This document shows, one piece after another, positions 25,177 through 37,594 of a stretch of 64,000 bases of DNA. The stretch is from Pristiophorus japonicus. Lineage: Eukaryota. The position numbers and the translations under genes are program-made. How positions within the stretch are numbered: the first letter of the stretch is position 1; every line of letters starts with the position of its first letter. The DNA lies in contig NC_091992.1 in the NCBI RefSeq assembly GCF_044704955.1, forward strand, positions 55,180,001 to 55,244,000, written 5' to 3'. Below the pieces are notes generated by a model, which saw nothing but the letters and a program-made list of their open reading frames with translations, did not search any database and was not told the origin of the DNA.

Positions 25177-26454
25177 TATAAGTCTTAGATTGTATTTCGA
25201 TTTAGAATTTAGATGGGGAGGTCCGTGATCACAAATCAATTTGAAAAGGGGTCCTTCAACCAAAGAAAGTTTGTGAACTGATCTGGAGCAACAAGTTTCT
25301 AAAAACTTTGCTTGTGTTCCGGCAGTGGGAGTGCAACCCCTGAACCTTTCCCATGGTTAAAACACTGCCGAGACCAATAAGCAGTGGATGGGATGGGTAA
25401 CGTGATGATGTAATTCGACTCATCGCCCACCTTTCTCATTTGAGATCTGTCTCTACAATCACATGTCTCTAAAATAAAAGTATTGGATTGTGTTTAGTGT
25501 TTGTGTTTGTGTTTATCAGGCCTGGATACCTGTGGTCCCACCTCACCGCTCAAACAATGGCGGAGCGTGAGATCTGAAGCACCGGGACTTCCTGGGCTCG
25601 GGCAATTTGCATATTGGTGCTGGCCCATAGGCACCGATGGGGCACTTGTAATATAATGGGGTGGGAAGGGGCAGGAAGATGCACCACTGCTTCGCTGCTT
25701 GGGGACAGAACAGGCAGGTCCAGATTAAAATAAGGCAGGAAGTCAGTTTACCAATTGCCTAAAGCTCCTTGGCTTTATTGTCCCAGACCCTCAAACCAGC
25801 CTGAAAAAGTTCTGTGGGTCCCATTTCCATGCAGGGGAGTGGGCGGAGGGGACGCACCGCAGGCGGGACTTCCAGCGGGCACTACCAACCAGCCAGTCCT
25901 GCTTCCGTTTGTGAGAGCAGGTCGCCAGGGGGTGGAGGCATTCCTTCAGTACTGCACTGGTGTGCCAACCTCGAGGCTTGGCGTGGGGCTCAAACCACAA
26001 CCATCTGACTTGGGGCCTACAGTGCTACCAGCTGAGCAACACTGACACTCGACTGTCATTTTTCATCATTGTTATCCACCGTATAACTCGCAATAGTCAG
26101 CATAATGATACTAGAATTCCGTTTGCTCTGAGTTGCCACGGTTTACATGTACCTCGGCAATGAGGAAATGCTGCGCCAAAACCCTGCCATCTTCATGGCA
26201 TCTCTTGGCATTTACAGGGATAGAGATTTGCCCAGGCCTGCCTTCAGGCCCAGAATCGGCATTCCATAGCCCAACCGGGATGGCCGAGGCCTAGTCGCGA
26301 TTGGGCAAAAGGCCTCGTTTCAATGATTTCGGTGAGCTGCCAGTGCCTGACCAATGCGCCTCCACAGGCAGCTCGCCCATTTGAAGAAATGAATATCGGG
26401 CCTCTTTACCTCAACCAGCAGTGGCCCGAAGGTAAGTCCCGGGAAGGGGTGAGG

Positions 26455-26800
26455 GAGCGGCAATAGGTAGGTTGGTGGGCAGTGGCGGGAGGGGGGGGTG
26501 GGCAGTGCAGGGGTGGGTGGCCATTGGGGGTGGGGAGGGTGGATGGGCAATCGGGTGGGGTGGGCTGGGCAGTGGGGGGGGGGCAAGGCGAGGTCCGTGG
26601 GCAGTGGGGGGCAAGGCGGGGTCTGTGGGCAGTGGGGAGGTTGGAGGGTGGGGGGGCAATGGGGGGCGGGGAAGATGGGTGGGCAGTGTGGGGGTGGAGT
26701 GGGCAGTTGGGGGGGTGGGCAGGGTGGGGTGGGCAGTGGGGTTCAAGGTGGGGTCTGTAGGCAGTGGGGGAGTAATGGGGGGGCAGCGAGGGTGGGCTGC
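26455..26800 (+). repeat. G-rich array (GTGGGCAGTGGGGG-like units) within a GC-rich MITE-like element (about 26217-28905)
   Basis: Direct reading; GGCAGTGGGG recurs many times. Confidence 0.8.
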
Positions 26801-26828
26801 CTGGTTACATATGGATGGGGTGGCCTGA

Positions 26829-28489
26829 TGTTAGCAGTCAACCTTCTTCCTCCCCGGTTCACAACAATAGATTTCGAGTAAGCATGCGACACTTCGTAGT
26901 GGGGTAGATGGAACAGACTTTATCGATAAACAGCAAAGGTGATCAGCCTCGCTGTTTACACAGTGTGGCTTTTCGGTTACAAGTTCGATCTTTCAAGTCC
27001 TCTGAATTATTGTTGCAAACCATGCTCTTTTATACAACATATTTTGACTACATCAAAGGAAAACGTCATAGATAAGACTACATGACGTATCTACTCCCGG
27101 GTCCATTGAAAGCAGACGATTCATGTAAACACTTGTAGTAGTTTAGTTCAAAGCTACTTCCCCTAAACAAGACTTCCCGATGTAACAGTCCCCGAGCCTT
27201 TTGAAGAAAAAGCTTTACCAATTGTTATCTGCAGCTAATGGATTTTCTACCCATGTTTTATTATGCTAAAACTAAAGTTACATTTTATTATCTTAAAACT
27301 AAGCCATAACCACTCATGAATGACCTCTTTACTAACACTGATTTCCGTACATTAACACTTTACGTATCAGAAAACAAGCAATGCATTCCTTGAACACTTC
27401 AAAGTAATCCTGTTTATATTGGAAAGTTTTATTGCTTCATAAGAACATAAGAAATAGGAGCAGGATTCAGCCATTTGGCCCCTCAAGCCTGCTCCCCCAT
27501 TCAATAAGATCATGGCTGATCTGATCATGGACTCAGCTCCACTTCTCTGCCTGCTCCCCACAACCCTTGACTCTCTTATCATTCAAAATTCTGTCCGTCT
27601 CCAACTTAAATATATTCAAAGACCCAGCCTCAACAGCTTCCTGGGGTAGAGAATTCCAAAGATTCACAACCTTCTGAGAGAAGAAATTTCTCCTCATCTA
27701 TGTTTTAAGTGGGCGACCCCTTATTCTGAAACTATGCCCCCTAGTTCTAGATTTCCCCACGAAGGGAAACATCCTCTCTGCATCTACCCCGTCAAGCCCC
27801 CTCAGAATCTTAAACGTTTCAATAAGATCACCTCTCATTCTTCTAAACTCTAATGAGTATAGGCTCATCCTGCTCAATCTTTCTTCATAAGACAACCCCT
27901 TCATCTCAGGAATCAACCTCGTGAACCTTTCTGAACTGCCTCCAATGCAAGTATATCGCTCCTTAAATAAGGAGACGAAAACTGTATGCAGTACTCCAGA
28001 TGTGGTCTCACCAACACCCTGTACAGTTGTAGCAAGACTTCCCGACTTTTATACTCCATCCCCCTTGCAATAAAGGCCAACATTCCATTTGCCTTCCTGA
28101 TCACTTGCTTTATCTGCATGCTAACTTTGTGTGTTTCATGTACAAGGACCCTCAGCTCCCTCTGTAATGCAGCACTTTGTTATCTCTCTCCATTTAAATA
28201 ATAATTAGCATTTTTATTTTTCCTACCAAAATGGATAACCTCACATTTTTTCACATTATATTCCATCTGCCAAATTTTTGCCCACTCTCTGAGCCTATCT
28301 ATATCCCTTTGCAGATTATTTGTGTCCTTCTCACAATGTACCCACCTATCTTTGTATCATCAACAAATTTGGCTGCATTACACACGGTCCCTTCATTCAA
28401 GTCATTAATACCGATTGTAACTAGTTGAGGATAGTTCATAACATAAAGGAGTTCGAATGTTAAACTTTTAACTCTCATGATGTCCAACA
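26829..28489 (-). mobile_element. Solo LTR (about 670 bp) interrupted by a CR1
   Basis: TGTTAG...CCAACA termini; flanks CCTGA / CATGA (4 of 5 match); TATAAAA on - strand about 27027. Confidence 0.55.
27437..28428 (-). mobile_element. CR1 3' 1 kb, antisense
   Basis: KFVDDTKIGG; KANGMLAFIARG..RPHLEYC; LSYEERL..RMRGD. Confidence 0.92.
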
Positions 28490-29012
28490 CATGAAAGGTT
28501 CACATATTGGTAACCGTGCTGTGCAATTGGCAGGGGCACTCCAGCGCCTCCTGGCTTCACAGCAACGATTACTGATTTATTTATCTTTAAAAAAATGTGC
28601 CTCGACAATTCGTTGGTGGCCGCAGAGACCACTGAAGAATCTGAGTGGAGCAGGCCCGACACCTACTCTGCTGATCACCAACCGATTCTGCGAGGCAGCC
28701 TAAAGCAGGCGTTACACTGCTCATTTACATATGTAACAGGGCCAACACCCATTTGAGCCGGCCGCCCTCAACGTCTGCAAAGCCGCCTGCACCAATATGG
28801 CGGCACCCGTGACGCAGGCCCAATTCCGGCGCTGGACATTGTGTGGTGAAATTGTTCCTTTCCACCGCCCCCCACCTCGTTTTCCACCTGGAGCAGATTC
28901 TACCACATAATCTTACTCGCTCAACAATTTTCTCAAGTTAATCACTGGGAAAGATTTACATGTGTTTTGTTTCACTTCCGACTAATGGAAACGTTTCTGA
29001 TTTATCGTTTAG

Positions 29013-30801
29013 GCAAAAAGATCGGCCATCTACTCCTTCTTACCAGATATCACCCAACATTAACAGTGCCAGAGCCAACTCCAACACCCCCACGGCAGCT
29101 AGAACTGGCAGAGAGACAAGCAGAGCTGTGTCGGTACTTTCAAAGCCATGCCATGCAGCTCAGGACAACAAGCGGGGCATTGTGCCCACAATGGACCACA
29201 AGAAAGTGCCAAGTCAACTTACCATTCCGCAACGAGCTGATAACAGGCTGAACCGCAGTTGGACTAATGCCCAGCTCGTTCAGTCCAAAGTGGACCAAAG
29301 CAACTCAAATATAAACAGGCAAAGCACCAGTTCCCTTTCACAGAACCACAAACCTACTTCAGAAATGAGCTCCAGAATCTCCAAAGGATCAGCAAGGAGC
29401 CATTCGCCTGCACCTGGCCGACTGAGCAAGTTCTCAGACGTTCAGGATGCTGGTAAGACATGCGAGAGGAGTCAAGTAACTCAGCGACCTCTGACCCCAG
29501 CCATTACCTGGCAAGAGAGCTGTTGGCAAGAATCGAAAAGCATTAGAAAGCCATTAACTGATCGAGCAAAGAAATCGATTCAACAAAGAAGTCAAGTTCG
29601 ATCACAAACCCCAGACCCTTACAGCATAAATAACAACAACAATAAAGGCACCAACGATGACAGGAATGAGGTGTGCTTATTCACACCCCCACCCATTGAT
29701 CCTGCACAGGAGTCCGAACTGTACAAAACCCTGGAAGATGAAATTGTGTCCAATATGAAAGCTCTGGCGGTGGATTTCGATGAGGACAGTGGGCTCAATA
29801 TATTTTCTTCAGTGTCCAGTTTGCCCGGTTCTTCAAAACAGAAGGAATTTAAAAGACTCGACTCTGTGAGTCCTTCGAGGTATTCGGTTTTCTCCATCAC
29901 AGGTGGAGCCAGTCATGTTGACAACATTAATAAACCTTACAGCTATAGTAGTGTGGCTTCACCCCATTCAATGATAGCCACTCAGAATGGCAACAGTTTC
30001 AACGCTGTTCTTGCTGAACTTGTTAGCGGAACGCAGAAGCTCAATCGTGTGGACATTGAGAACTGGATAGCAAAGAGCCCTCCAGAAATGGTAGCCCCTG
30101 ATCCTAGCGCCAATCTGCAGCCTGCGGTTTTGAGCTCCACGGAAACCAGCCGACCCGACAGAATTGAAGAACAAAGCGCAAAATGTACTGAAATTGGATC
30201 AACATCTGTTCAGTGCAACCAACAGAACACTGGCTTTAAGGCCACAGATCCGGGCACTGTGAAGAGTCATACAACGATGGCTCAGAATGATATCAATGTT
30301 CTTGAGGTGAATTCCATATCCACAATTGAAGGATCTGATACCAATTCATCCTTTGAATGGCCAGATCCACCCATCACGCTACAGAAGCCCAGGGTTCAAC
30401 AGGGAAGGCAAAAGAGGTCACTGAAAAAGCCAGAGAGGGTTCCTTCCATCTACAAGCTGAAGCTTCGGCCCAAAATACGCCCCAGGCGAGACAACAGACC
30501 CGAGAAGAAGCCATCGAAAATCCCAACTCCGTTATCCTACAGACAGGCGGACAAAACATTGAAAGGCGCGACAAAATCTGGAAGCACCCACAAATCTCTC
30601 AAAACCAAGATTGCAAAATCTAAAGCTCCGGGAAAACAGATCCCAACTTTGTACTTCACAAAACCTGAGGAAGATCTTGGTTCAGGGGAAGACCTTTGGC
30701 CTCCTCAGCACAGTGTCTCACCAAGAGGCAGAACTACGGTGCAACAATCTATCACAGAGGACACTGAACAAAGAAAAGAAGATGAAGAGTCGTGGGTTTA
30801 A
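29013..30801 (+). CDS. GAS2L2: GAS2L2 terminal coding exon (about 595 codons)
   Basis: TTTAG|G phase 2 joins AG|G = Arg; uninterrupted frame; [32 protein letters not shown] (SxIP at 30514-30525) and C-terminal EESWV* are GAS2L2 signatures. Confidence 0.93.
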
Positions 30802-31731
30802 AAGTTTAAAAAAAAATCTCTCTAACATCTCAACCTCAAGCAATTCTTCACCGGTCGTCGATATTTTTCTGTGTATTGTTCTTTTGTTTAACACCAACAT
30901 TTCAATTCCGAGTACTTGACAGCATGACAGAAAAACAATGCTGCATTATACACTTGTCACTTTGAAAGTAAACAAATTTTCTAATGAAGTTAAATGTGGT
31001 GATAATTGCATAAAGCAAAGGTACAAGAAAACAAGAACCAGAACACTTACATAAGAATTGCACTATTTAATGCTAATTAAACCTAATAGATATGGGAGAG
31101 GGTGCTGATCTCAACCAGAATAAGGTAAAATATTTCACTCAACCAGAAGGGCATTGGGTGAGAAACATTTTGTGGGTCATAAATTCATGTATTTATTCAT
31201 CATTATTTTGTAAAATGATCAGTTTAAGTGACTCAATTATTGTGTTGCATTCCAAGAATAATTGTTTACAACTTTTGATTATATTTGTAATCGTTTACAA
31301 ACCATTTCACAAATGATTATAATGAGCTTAAAACGACGTCAGTTGCTTTCTAGGAATGGCTGGAGTTTGTTAGGTTTTTAAGCCTTGCCTCAGCAGACTA
31401 TTTCTGATTTTTTTTTTATTCCCACATTGTTTTGTTGAATATTAAATCATCATTTAGCACCTGTTTTCATATCGTAGTAAGAATCTGCTGTGCCCAGTGG
31501 TCTACTGGTTCTTTGTCTGATACCTTGATCTCTAGTCCATCCCTAACGTCACCAAGTGTGGGCCAGGGCAGAACGTTGGGATATGTGGGTGAATAACCTT
31601 AAAATTAGAGTTATGCCTTTCAGGGTGTGAGGAAGCACTTCTTCACACAAAGGGTTGTGGAAATCTTGAACACTCCCACAAAATGCTATTGAGGCAAAGT
31701 CGATTGAAAATTTCAAAACTGAGATTGACAG

Positions 31732-32128
31732 AAATATTCAGTAGGTCAGGCAGCATCTGTGGAGAGAGAAACAGAGTTAATGTTTCAGGTCAGTGACCCT
31801 TTGTCAGAATTGGAAAAGATTAAGAGATGTAACTGGATATAAACAAGTACATCGCCGGGGTAAGGCCGAGTGGAAAATCGCAAAAAAAAATGTTCCTCGT
31901 GCCGGTGATCAGCAAGGCTGAGACGTCCCACATCGCTGGAACAAGGCTCATTTATTTTAGCCTTAGCCACCTAGTGGAAAGTCTAGCCCAATGTTTCAGG
32001 TCAATGAACTCTGACGAAGGGTCATCGACCTGAAACATTAACTCTGTTTCTCCCTCCACAGATGCTGCCTGAGTATTTTCAGCATTTTCTGTTTTTATTT
32101 CAGATTCCAGTATCCGCAGTACTTTTGT
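31732..32128. mobile_element. Penelope-like inverted terminal remnant
   Basis: 31746-31807 is the reverse complement of 32011-32072; contains CTGACGA..GAAA core. Confidence 0.65.
32007..32046 (+). ncRNA. Degenerate minimal hammerhead ribozyme motif
   Basis: CTGACGA-AGGGTC-ATC-GACCT-GAAA-CATT; stem II can form, stems I/III imperfect. Confidence 0.45.
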
Positions 32129-32409
32129 CTGAGATTGATAGATTTTTGTTCAGGTTATTGAACCAAGGCAGGTAGGTGGAGTTACTATACAGATCAACCA
32201 TGATCAAATTGAATGATGTAACAGGCTCGAGGGGCTGGAATGCCTACTCGTGTTCCTATGATCTTATGATATACAAGTGCAAGGAGGTTATACTGATGCC
32301 ATGCTGAGCATTATTAAGGCCTGGGGTGCTGGCTATGGTTAGAAGGAATGACCTCCTGTGCTCTGTGTAGTGAAGTTATGAACACACTTATGATTTTGCT
32401 ACATCTTAT

Positions 32410-32800
32410 GTTTTTATTTGTTCATAGAATGTGTGTGCCACTGGTAAGGCCGCCACGTATTGCCCATCCCGAATTGCCCTTGACAAGGAGGAGGCGAGCC
32501 TCCTTCTTGAACCGCAGTGTCAACCACATTGCTGTGGGTCTGGAGTCACATTATAGGCCAGACCGGGTAAGGAAGGCAGATTTCCTTCCCTAAAAGATAT
32601 TAGTGAACCAGTTGGCTTTTGACAACAATCCAATAGTTTCATGGTCACCATTACTGACATGAGCTTTTTATTTCAGATTTACTTAATTAACCAAATTTAA
32701 ATCTCCCAGCTGCCGTGGTGGGATTTGAACACGCATCTCTGGATCATTAGTCCAGGCTTTTGGATTATTAGCCCAGTAATATAACCACTATGCTACTGTA
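32410..32800 (-). mobile_element. tRNA-derived SINE with LINE-derived tail
   Basis: On - strand: head GTAGCATAGTGGTTATATTACTGG, B-box GTTCAAATCC; tail matches 13370-13470. Confidence 0.7.
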
Positions 32801-33524
32801 CAAGTCATGTCTAATACATATCATCCCATTGATCGGAAAGCAACTAAGGGATAAAAATTCCAATGGGCCATTCCTTGGGAAAACAGCTCATTTCTCATTG
32901 CATATATCCTTCAAATCGATGAACACCAATTCATCCTTTTGCAAGACAGTAATAATGTGAAATACTCCCAAATTTCTGATTTGGCTACAGATTAAGAAGC
33001 AGAAAAACAAAGCAAATGGCTTTATTTAAATATCGTCGATGCATAGCAGCATTTATCAGGGGTCTCCGCGATAAAGCAGCCTTCAGTGTGATGTTCTATT
33101 ATTAGTATCAGTGGCTAAGGGAGAGCAGAGCTGGAGATTACTCGCTCTAATGGACAGCGTGAGTGCTGAAGGCCCTTACAGACTTCACTCGCCTTGATCT
33201 TCACATCTCAACCGTGCTGTCAACAGCAGGAAGCATTCATACAGATAAGATGTGTGGTGAACAGGTTACTCTTTTTTGTTTGTACGGCAACAGTGCAGAA
33301 AATAAGTATTTGTAGTAATAGGACCAGTTGTCTTTGCATTGCGTTGGATTCTATCGTTATCAATGCATTGACCCCTGCCCCGCACCCCAACCCCCACAAC
33401 ACACTGGAGATTTTCAATTCTTCCACTGTATTAAAATTTTAATGTTATTTTTGTTGTCGTGTCTTCGAGAATTTTTTTTGCCATCTAAATCTTTTATGGA
33501 AGAGGAATAGACAATCATTTTTTC

Positions 33525-33530
33525 AATAAA
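33525..33530 (+). terminator. Candidate GAS2L2 polyadenylation signal
   Basis: AATAAA followed about 20 nt later by GT-rich GTATGTGTGATTT, at the end of an AT-rich non-repeat tract. Confidence 0.45.
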
Positions 33531-33681
33531 GAGATTTTTCATTTAAACGTATGTGTGATTTAATGTGGAATTTAACAACTTTCCCATTACAAATTCCTAT
33601 GTTAACATTTACAATGGGCACTGCCTATGTAAACGTGTCATGCTGTAACGAGTGGAGGTGCTGCAGCCTTTCAAATATGTA

Positions 33682-34270
33682 GGGGTGGAAATTCGGTCCT
33701 GTGCCGCCCCTCTTAGCGCCCGGAGGGGCAGCAATGGCGGCAGAAAGCACTTGCGCCCGGACAGCCAGCTTGCAGCGCCCTGCCGAGACATTCGGTGCTG
33801 GTATCGACGGATGGGGGGTGGGGTGGACAGAGCAGTACTGTCCGAGAGAGGCGAGCCGGTTACACCCACTTGTTCTGGACTCCCCCTGTTTGCATAGTTT
33901 GGTTTTTCTACCGTATTTGCCAAATGTTATCACAGTTACCATCTGCAAGTACCAGGCCCAAAGTCTCCAATGGGTGGTGGTGAAGAAGGGCAACAGGTGG
34001 GCCTGGGTGTAAAGTTCCCCCACTTGTCCGGCCCGAGTGCTGCTTGGCACACCTGCTCCTCACCCATTTGCCCAGTCCCAATACATCTTGGCTCACCTCT
34101 CGTATCCCAAACCCAGCTGCTTGCCCACCATACCAAGGTGGTTCCTGGCCTGCCTGCTCACTCACCTGGCCTGAAAGCTTGGCAGCCTATCTGCCACCCT
34201 TCACGCACAGGTTTCTGCCATACTATTCGACCGTGGAATGCAAGCGACGCTAGCAAGAACTGCATTCATT
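33682..34270. mobile_element. Left end of a Harbinger-type element, interrupted by CR1
   Basis: GGGGTGGAAATTCGG terminus of the same type as the other MITEs; CpG-rich subterminal region. Confidence 0.5.
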
Positions 34271-37215
34271 CATAGAATCATAAGAATTTACAGCACAGAA
34301 GGAGGCCATTCAGCCCATCGTGTCCCTGCCGGCCGACAAAGAGCTGTCCAGCCTAATCCCACTTTCCAGTTCTTGGTCCAGTAGCCCTGTAGGTTACGCC
34401 ACTTCAAGTGCACATCCAAGTACTTTTTAAATGTGATGAGAGTTGCTGCCTCTGCCACCCTTTCAGGCAGTGAATTAAAGACCACCACCACCCTCTGGGT
34501 GAAGGCATTTCTCCTCAAACCCCCTATAAACCTTCTACCAATTACTTTAACTCTATCTTCCCTGGTTGTTGACCCCTCTACTAAGGGAAATAGGTCCTTC
34601 CTATCCACTCTATCTAGGCCCCTTATAATATTATACACCTCAATTAGGTCTCCCGTCAGCCAAAGAAAACAAACCCAGCCTATCCAATCTTTCCTCGTGG
34701 GTAAAATTCTCCAGTCCAGGCAACATCCTCGTAAAGCTCCTCTGTACCCTCTCTAGTGCAATCACATCTTTCCTGTAATGTGGTGACCAGAACTGCACGC
34801 AGTACTCTAGCTGTGGCCTAACTAATGCTTTATACAGTTCAAGCATAACCTCCCTGCTCTTGTATTCTATGCCTCGGCTATTAAAGGCATCCCATATGCC
34901 TTCTTAACCACCTTACCTACCTGTCCTGCTACCTCCAGGGATCTGTGGATAGGCACCTCTGTTCCTCTACACTTCTCAGTGGCCTTGTTAGCCCTCCCCA
35001 AATGCATTACCTCACACTTCTCTGGATTGAATTCCATTTGCCACTGTTCTGCCCACCTAACCAGTTCATTGATATTTTCCTGCAGTCTACAGCTTTCTTC
35101 TTCATTATTAACCACATGGACAATTTTTGTATCATCTGCAAACTTCTTACTCATACCCCCTACATTCAAGTCTAAATCATTGATATATACCACAAAAAGC
35201 AAGGGACCTAGTACTGAGCCCTGCGGAACCCAACTAGAAACAGCCTTCCGGTCACAAAAACACCCAACCTATGAACCCAACCTTTTGCTTCCTGCCTCTG
35301 AGCCAATTTTGGATCCAACTTGCCACTTTGCCCTGGATCCCATGGGCTATGACTTTCATGACCAGTCTGCATGTGGGACCTTATCAAAAGCCTTGCTAAA
35401 ATTCATATACACTACATTATATGCACTGCTCTCATCGATTCTCCTGGTTACCTCCTTGAAAAATTCAATCAAGTTAGTCAGACAGGACCTTCCCTTAACA
35501 AGTCCATGCTGACTGTCCTTGATTAAGCCGTGTCTTTCTAAATGAAGATTTGTCCTGTCAGAATTTTTTCCAATAACTTTCCCACCACTGAGGTTAGGCT
35601 GACTGGCCTGTAATCAGTCAGTCGATCCCTCTCTCCCTTTTTAAACAACAGTACAATGTTTCCAGTCCTCCGGCACCACACCTGAAACCAGAGAGGATTG
35701 GAAAATGATGGTCAAAGCCTTTGCTATTTCCTCTCTTGCTTCTCTTAACAGCCTGGGATACATTTCGTCCGGGCCTGGAGATTTATTCACTTTTAAAGAT
35801 GCTAAACCCCTTAATATTTCCTCTCTCATTACATTTATTTCAACTAATATTTCACATTCCTCCTCTCTGATTGGAATGTCTGCATCGCCCCTGTCTTTTG
35901 TAAAGATGCAAAGTATTCATTAAGAAGTATACCCATATCTTCTGCCTCCACACACAGGTTACCTTTATGGTCTCTAATAGGCCCTTTCTTTAGTTATCCT
36001 CTTGCTCTTAATGTATTTATAAAACATCTTTGGTTTTCCTTGAGTTTACTTGCCAATATTTTTTCATGCCCTCTCTTTGCTTTTCCTAATTTCCTTTTTA
36101 ATTTCAACTTTCTATACTTCTCCAAGGTTTCTGCAGTATTGAACCTTCGGTATCTGTCATAAGCTTCCCTTTTTTTCTTTACCCTACCATGTATGCCCCT
36201 TGACCTCCAGGGGGCTCTAGATTTGTTACTCCCACTCTTTTTCTTTAAGGGAACATATTTGCTCTGAACCCTACGGATCTCCTTGAATGCCTCCCACTGC
36301 TCTGACACTGCCTTCAAGTAGCTGTTTCCAGTCCACTTTGGCTAAATTACATCTCAGCTCAGCAAAATTAGCTTTTCCCCAATTGAGAACTTTTATTCCT
36401 GGTCGATCTTTGTCCTTTTCCATAACTACCCTAAATCTAACTGAATTGTGATCACTGCCACGAAAATGATCCCCCACTGATACCCCTTCCACCTGCCTAG
36501 CTTCATTCCCTGAAACTTCATCCAGAACCGTCCCTTCCCTTGTTGGGCTTGCTACATACTGGCTAAATATTTTGTTTCTTTAATCAATATTGCGACCCCC
36601 CCACCACTCCTTTTTTACCCCCCTCTCTATCTCGTCTGAAAACCCTGTCACCAGGAATGTTGAGCTGCCATACCTGCCCTTCTTTCAGCCATGTCTCAGT
36701 AATAGCTATAATATCGTACTCCCTCGTGTCTATCTGTGCTCTCAACTCATCTGCCTTATTTCCTAAACTCCTTGCACTGAAGTATATACCATTTAGCATT
36801 GCCAAACTACCTTGTTGTCCATTTTCTAGCCTTTGTTTCCTCTGCTTTCCAAACTGGCTTACTAATTTCTGCCTTCCATTTCCAACTTGGCTTATCTCCC
36901 TTCTAAATCTACTCTCAGGTTTACATCTCATTGCCAAGCTAGTTTAACCCTCCCTAACAGCACTAGCAAACCCCACCCACCCCTCTGCGAGGATATTGGT
37001 CCTGACTCTGTTGAGGTGCAACCCATCCGGCTTGTACAGGTCCCACCTCCTCCAAAGCGGTCCCAATGCCTCAGAAATCTAAAGCCCTCCCGCCTGCACC
37101 ATCTCTCCAGCCACGCATTCATCTGCTCCATCCTCCTATTTCTGTACTCACTAGCATGTGGCACCGGGAGTAATATGGAGATTACTACCTTTTCAGGTCC
37201 TGCTTTTTAATCTCT
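34270..37215 (-). mobile_element. Decayed near-full CR1 LINE (ORF1 esterase remnant plus ORF2)
   Basis: RNRRMEQMNAWLERWCRREGFRFLRHW (ORF1); YDIIAITETW, SDHN (APE); KSPGPD, FADDTK, RPQLEYCVQFWSP (RT). Confidence 0.92.
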
Positions 37216-37371
37216 TTCCTTGCCCATTCTGAGTTGGCCTGAGGCAGTGTGATGCAGTCACCATGGCAGTGCTGTGCAAAGGGCTGAACGGCAACTCAGA
37301 AGTTGGATTGAGAGAGCAGTGGATGCTTTAAAGGGAGCAACTTGGTTTAAAGAAGTTGTAGATTACATTTA

Positions 37372-37525
37372 TACAGCACAGAAAGAGGCCATTCAGCCCA
37401 TCGTGCCTGTGATGGCTCTTTGAAAGAGCTCTCCAATTAGTCCCACTCCCCTGCTCTTTTCCCATAACCTTGCAAATTTCTCCCCTTCAAGTGCTTATCC
37501 AATTTCCTTTTGAAATTTACTATTG
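37372..37525 (-). mobile_element. Short CR1 3' tail
   Basis: Similar to 34289-34440. Confidence 0.6.
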
Positions 37526-37594
37526 TCATGACGCGTGTCGTGGGTGATGTGGCAGCTTCCATTACAGCACAGGGGTAAGCAATGCAACTTCTTA

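Larger units (their letters stand above)
31590..32265 (+). mobile_element. CR1 3' end split by a Penelope-type hairpin element (about 31732-32128)
   Basis: TTCTTCACACAAAGGGTTGTGGAAATC..TGAGATTGA, resuming TGAGATTGATAGATTTTTG at 32130. Confidence 0.65.

Noticed and set aside
15186-26881. Pro-rich and Gly-rich ORFs at 15186-15812 and 26320-26881
   Set aside because: Stop-free G-rich repeats inside MITEs
28960-30801. 613-aa ORF as a standalone intronless novel gene
   Set aside because: It is the GAS2L2 last exon; the ATG is intronic and the phase-matched acceptor is at 29012
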